64,000 nucleotides of DNA from Sarea resinae (taxonomy: Eukaryota), in contig JAPEUD010000043.1 of assembly GCA_026026165.1 (NCBI GenBank), positions 62,001-126,000 on the forward strand, read 5' to 3'. Positions 60,517 to 64,000 of the stretch are shown one piece after another. The translations under genes and the position numbers were made by a program. How positions within the stretch are numbered: position 1 is the stretch's first letter; each line of letters opens with the position of its first letter. The notes under the pieces were generated by a model. The model was not told the origin of the DNA and did not search any database. It saw nothing but the letters and a program-made list of their open reading frames with translations.

Positions 60517-62287
60517 TCACAAAGTCAACGGTCCCCTCTTAACCATGATACTCATGACCTCATACAGCGTGTCGGCGGCGGCCATGGTGGTGTGCTCGGC
60601 GTTGGTGTCGTAGGCGGGCGCGACCTCGACGATGTCGGCGCCGATCAGGTTGATGCCGTCGAGGCCGCGCACGATGGTGCGGAGCTCGCGCGTCGACCAG
60701 CCGCCGGTTTCGGGCGTGCCGGTTGCTGGGGCGACTGTGCGGGGGTGTTAGTGTCGGGTTGCTGGATGGATGGATGGGGAGGGAGGGGAGGGGAGGAGGG
60801 TTTGTTTGCTTGGAGAGGAGGGGAGGGGGGGTTTAAAAGATACACGGGAGGGGAGAGGGAGAGGGCCGAGGGAAGGGGAGCGAAGACAGGAGATAGTGTA
60901 CGAGGACAAAACGCACAAGCAGGATCCAAAGTATCAATGTCGATGCTGAGATAGACCGGCCTCTCCGTGCCGACGCGATCTCGGATCTTCTTGATGATGC
61001 CGTCCATGCCAATAGTGTCAATCTCGCGCGCCTCGACAATCTCGAAGCCGCAGTAGCCGTCGTTCTCGTAGTCGGACAGCCCGCTCAGCGTCGTGCGGAT
61101 GCCCGCGTGGATGTTGGTGTCGTTGGCCAGCAGCCCCTCCTGCGCGGCGTGGTAAAAGTACGTGCCGTGGTTGATCGACGCCTGCTTGGTCGGGCTGCCG
61201 CCGAATACCTTGGGCCGCCATGTGTCGCTGTTGCGGAGTCGTCAGTTGGGGATTAGAGAAAGATAGGGGAAAGAGGGGAGGAAAGAGGAGAAAGGGGGGA
61301 GAGAGAAAGGAGAAAGACAAGGAAAAGAGAAGAGAAAAGGAGGAAAAAAACAAAGAGAAAGGGAGAAAGGGAGCCAGGGCTGCAAGAGGTGATGGAAAAG
61401 AAAAAAAGAAAAAAAAAAGCGGCGCAAGATAGTAGAAATGGTACACACAGATGGCTGTCGAAATGGATGACGCTGACGGGCCCATAGCTGCGATTGATGC
61501 TGCGCAAGAGAGGCAGAGTGATGGTATGATCACCACCCAGCGTGATGACGCGCGGCAGTGTCTTGCCGCCCTTGGCCAATCCCTTCTTGTTGGCATCGGT
61601 GGCCGGCTTGCGTGACAGGATCGAATTGTGGCCTTCTTCGATCTGGTGCAGGGCCCAGGCGTTATCATACCTACCAAAAATCAGCGTCAATCTATAAATC
61701 CTCATCGACAATCTTACGAGGTCACTGGAATATCCCCACAGTCGAGCACCGTGGCCCAGCTGTCGAATGGATTCGCGTCCAGCGGCACGTTATAGCCACC
61801 ACTAAAATTCCCTTGTGTGAGCCTCTCTCCCTGGCACATTTCGGACACGACATACTAAAGGTTGAGCCGACGGGAGCCTTGTCTGATCCCGCTCGGTCCA
61901 AAGCGTGCGCCGGGACGGTAGGAAGTGCCGGTATCGAACGGTGCACCTTGCATGGCATCATCGTCAGGGCTGGTCATTCACAAACACACGCCTTGGGCTC
62001 ACCGAGAAAGGCAATGTCGTATTTCACGTCGTCGCTTGCAAGGCACGGGTGGTACGGAAGTCGTCCAAACGTCGAGATGCCCGAAAACACGGAGTCGGCC
62101 TGCGGCACACATGAGCAAATAAAAGAAAAGGGCAATGGCAGCATACTTGAGTGCCTCCATCCCCCGGAAGCGTATTGTACCACAAGCTCTTGTGTGGCCC
62201 CGCAATGGGTTCCTGGTCGTGGTCGTGGTCGGCATGAGCGATTGCGCCTGCCACGAGGCCGGCAGCGAAGAAGAAATTCGTGAGCAT
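60517..62287 (-). CDS. Ureohydrolase (agmatinase/guanidinobutyrase-like) with N-terminal signal peptide
   Basis: Seven hand-spliced exons; [43 protein letters not shown] and DIVEVAP metal-binding motifs are intact; TGA at 60519-60517. Confidence 0.93.
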
Positions 62288-62566
62288 CTTGAATTGATCT
62301 GTTCTGTTCCGAGCGGAGGATGGATGAAGTGAAAGCTGGAGAAAGGGACCGAGGAGAGGTCTGGTTAAGATGGCAGCAAGGACATTAGGGCATGCATAGC
62401 TGCAGCATGGGGCCACCAGGCACACTGTGGCCTCGGTCAGGTCAAGCGCCCCGGGACCCAACGGCCGGCATGAATGGATCTGGAGCTGACCTGTTCCTGT
62501 TAGGTAAACGACCTGTCCGGGGCAGGTCGTAGGAGGTCCGGCAAGGTAGAGTAAGTAGTATCGCGA

Positions 62567-62598
<32 letters not shown>

Positions 62599-63512
62599 AT
62601 GATGATGATGCACTATATCAATCGATTGCTTATCCTACGCTTCCCGTCTCCGGATCGGGCATGTGGGTGTGCGTGCAGCGGTGCCTGGCTGGCCATTGCG
62701 TCCCTTGATCCAGGGTCGAATTCGTGATTGCTGCTGTCACCGCCTATCTATCGATGAGGACTCATGGACTACCAGAGGACTCCGTACACTCCGTACACTC
62801 CGTACAGACCGTCCTTCTCCGGCAGATGCACGGATGGATGGTGACGATCAGTAAGAGGAATGTGTCTGGAGAGCAACAGAGTCCGAGTGACGAATGCGAT
62901 GGAGCTGCCCCTGCCAAAGCCGATCACTTGTCGGCGTGTTGGCGTGTTACCTAATGAGCGTCCGTCGACTGGCGGTCCGAGGGTCCTTATCGCCCGAAGC
63001 TCGAATCCATTATCGATACCAATGAACAAAACAAACCTTCCACTGCCGCCGTGCTCGAGAGAGCAGACTGAACGATCATGGCAGTCGGTCAGCTCATTGT
63101 CTGCCGTCATACGGCTGCAATGATGCATGCGTGCAGACGGCCACTACATGGGATCAATATGGGATCAATGGATCATCGATATGCATTGTTGCAATCTTCT
63201 GCCCGCCAACGGCACAGCACGCAATCATGATGATACCACGTACTATGTAATGGCCGATACTGCCGCTGCACTGCACTGCACTGCAATGCATTACACTGCG
63301 GCCTCCTCTGGATGCCGATATCTATGTACCGCTACTTTCACTGGGACCCTTTCCAACTCTACTCAATATGGAGTACATGGATCATGCATGCGCTGGGGAA
63401 GCGGAACCGTCGCTTGCTTGGACCCGGCACGACCATTTGTCGATTCTATTGAAATATTTATGAGATCCTAGCCCGACACAGATACACAGACAAACACGCA
63501 CAATCGTGGCCG

Positions 63513-64000
63513 TCATGGCTCCGCCGTCGCAACGCCATCGACAGTCTCCTCGTCACCGTGATCAACACCGGCATCGGCATCGACATCAATGCCAAGCTCC
63601 GCCCGCTCATCCTGGTCCATGCGCTCAAACGCCTTCTGGACCTGGTGTTCCCAATCGCTGAACGCGACAATCGCCCACTCGAGGAAGCCGACCAGATATA
63701 ACGCGATGCATTGACCGACCCAGAGCCCCTCGAGTCCCCAGCCGTGGAATGCGAGCCAGATGCCCAGCGGTAGCGCACCGCAGTAGTAGCTGACGATATT
63801 GACGGCAGCGCCAACGTGCTGCCGGCCCATGCCTCGCAGACTTCCTCCGCAGCTTCCATTGAGCCCGTCGGCGATTTGGAAGAGAGCCACAAACGGCATG
63901 ACGATGGCAGTGAGACGGATGACACGCTCGTCGTCGTTGAAGATCTTGGCGTAAAAGTCTTTGACCCCCATCAGGACGGCAAGGACGATAGCACCGAGCA
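63513..64000 (-). CDS. MATE-family efflux transporter, C-terminal part (runs off the window)
   Basis: FQIADGLNGSCGGSLRGMGRQHVGAAVNIVSYYCGALPLG...GLEGLWVG and DWEHQVQKA, typical of the MATE C-lobe. Confidence 0.92.
   Translation of the reverse strand, partial: LGAIVLAVLMGVKDFYAKIFNDDERVIRLTAIVMPFVALFQIADGLNGSCGGSLRGMGRQHVGAAVNIVSYYCGALPLGIWLAFHGWGLEGLWVGQCIALYLVGFLEWAIVAFSDWEHQVQKAFERMDQDERAELGIDVDADAGVDHGDEETVDGVATAEP

Noticed and set aside
1..64000. Telomerase RNA template, TPP riboswitch, rRNA, CRISPR, transposase/RT, cryptic PTS1 readthrough
   Set aside because: No 1.5-repeat TAACCCTAA template, riboswitch core, repeat-spacer array, TE protein motif or TGA-CTA readthrough context was seen by eye; a covariance-model search would be needed to exclude ncRNAs.

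Overview
Intron-containing fungal (filamentous ascomycete, Pezizomycotina-type) nuclear DNA with GT-AG introns and CTRAY branch points. I can support 18 protein-coding genes: YRA1 (3' part), a small Ser-rich conserved-looking unknown protein, a WD40/Gemin5-like-TPR protein, an unknown two-TM protein, Taspase1-like threonine aspartase, ARP3, TAF10, RSM19, MRE11, a large unknown disordered protein, the nrc-2/Fpk1-type AGC kinase, DAD3, MRPS5, TRM2, a secreted/TM histidine phosphatase, a TBF1-like Myb/telobox protein, a signal-peptide ureohydrolase (agmatinase-like) and a MATE transporter (3' part). I found no tRNA, rRNA, CRISPR or intact transposon. Best leads: (1) the unknown gene at 35598-38748 carries an eIF4E-binding YxxxxLL motif plus a PAM2w-like motif, so it is a candidate uncharacterised translational regulator; (2) TAC-GNA-GTA mini-hairpin words are over-represented in the long intergenic regions; (3) GC3 peaks and microsatellite expansions centre on convergent gene junctions; (4) possible remote homologues of Gemin5 and OCIAD1; (5) post-transcriptional control elements (YRA1 long intron with a decoy TACTAAC, polyproline-ending uORF before nrc-2, frame-shifted N-terminal extension of taspase). 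All gene names come from recognising motifs by eye; no database search was run.
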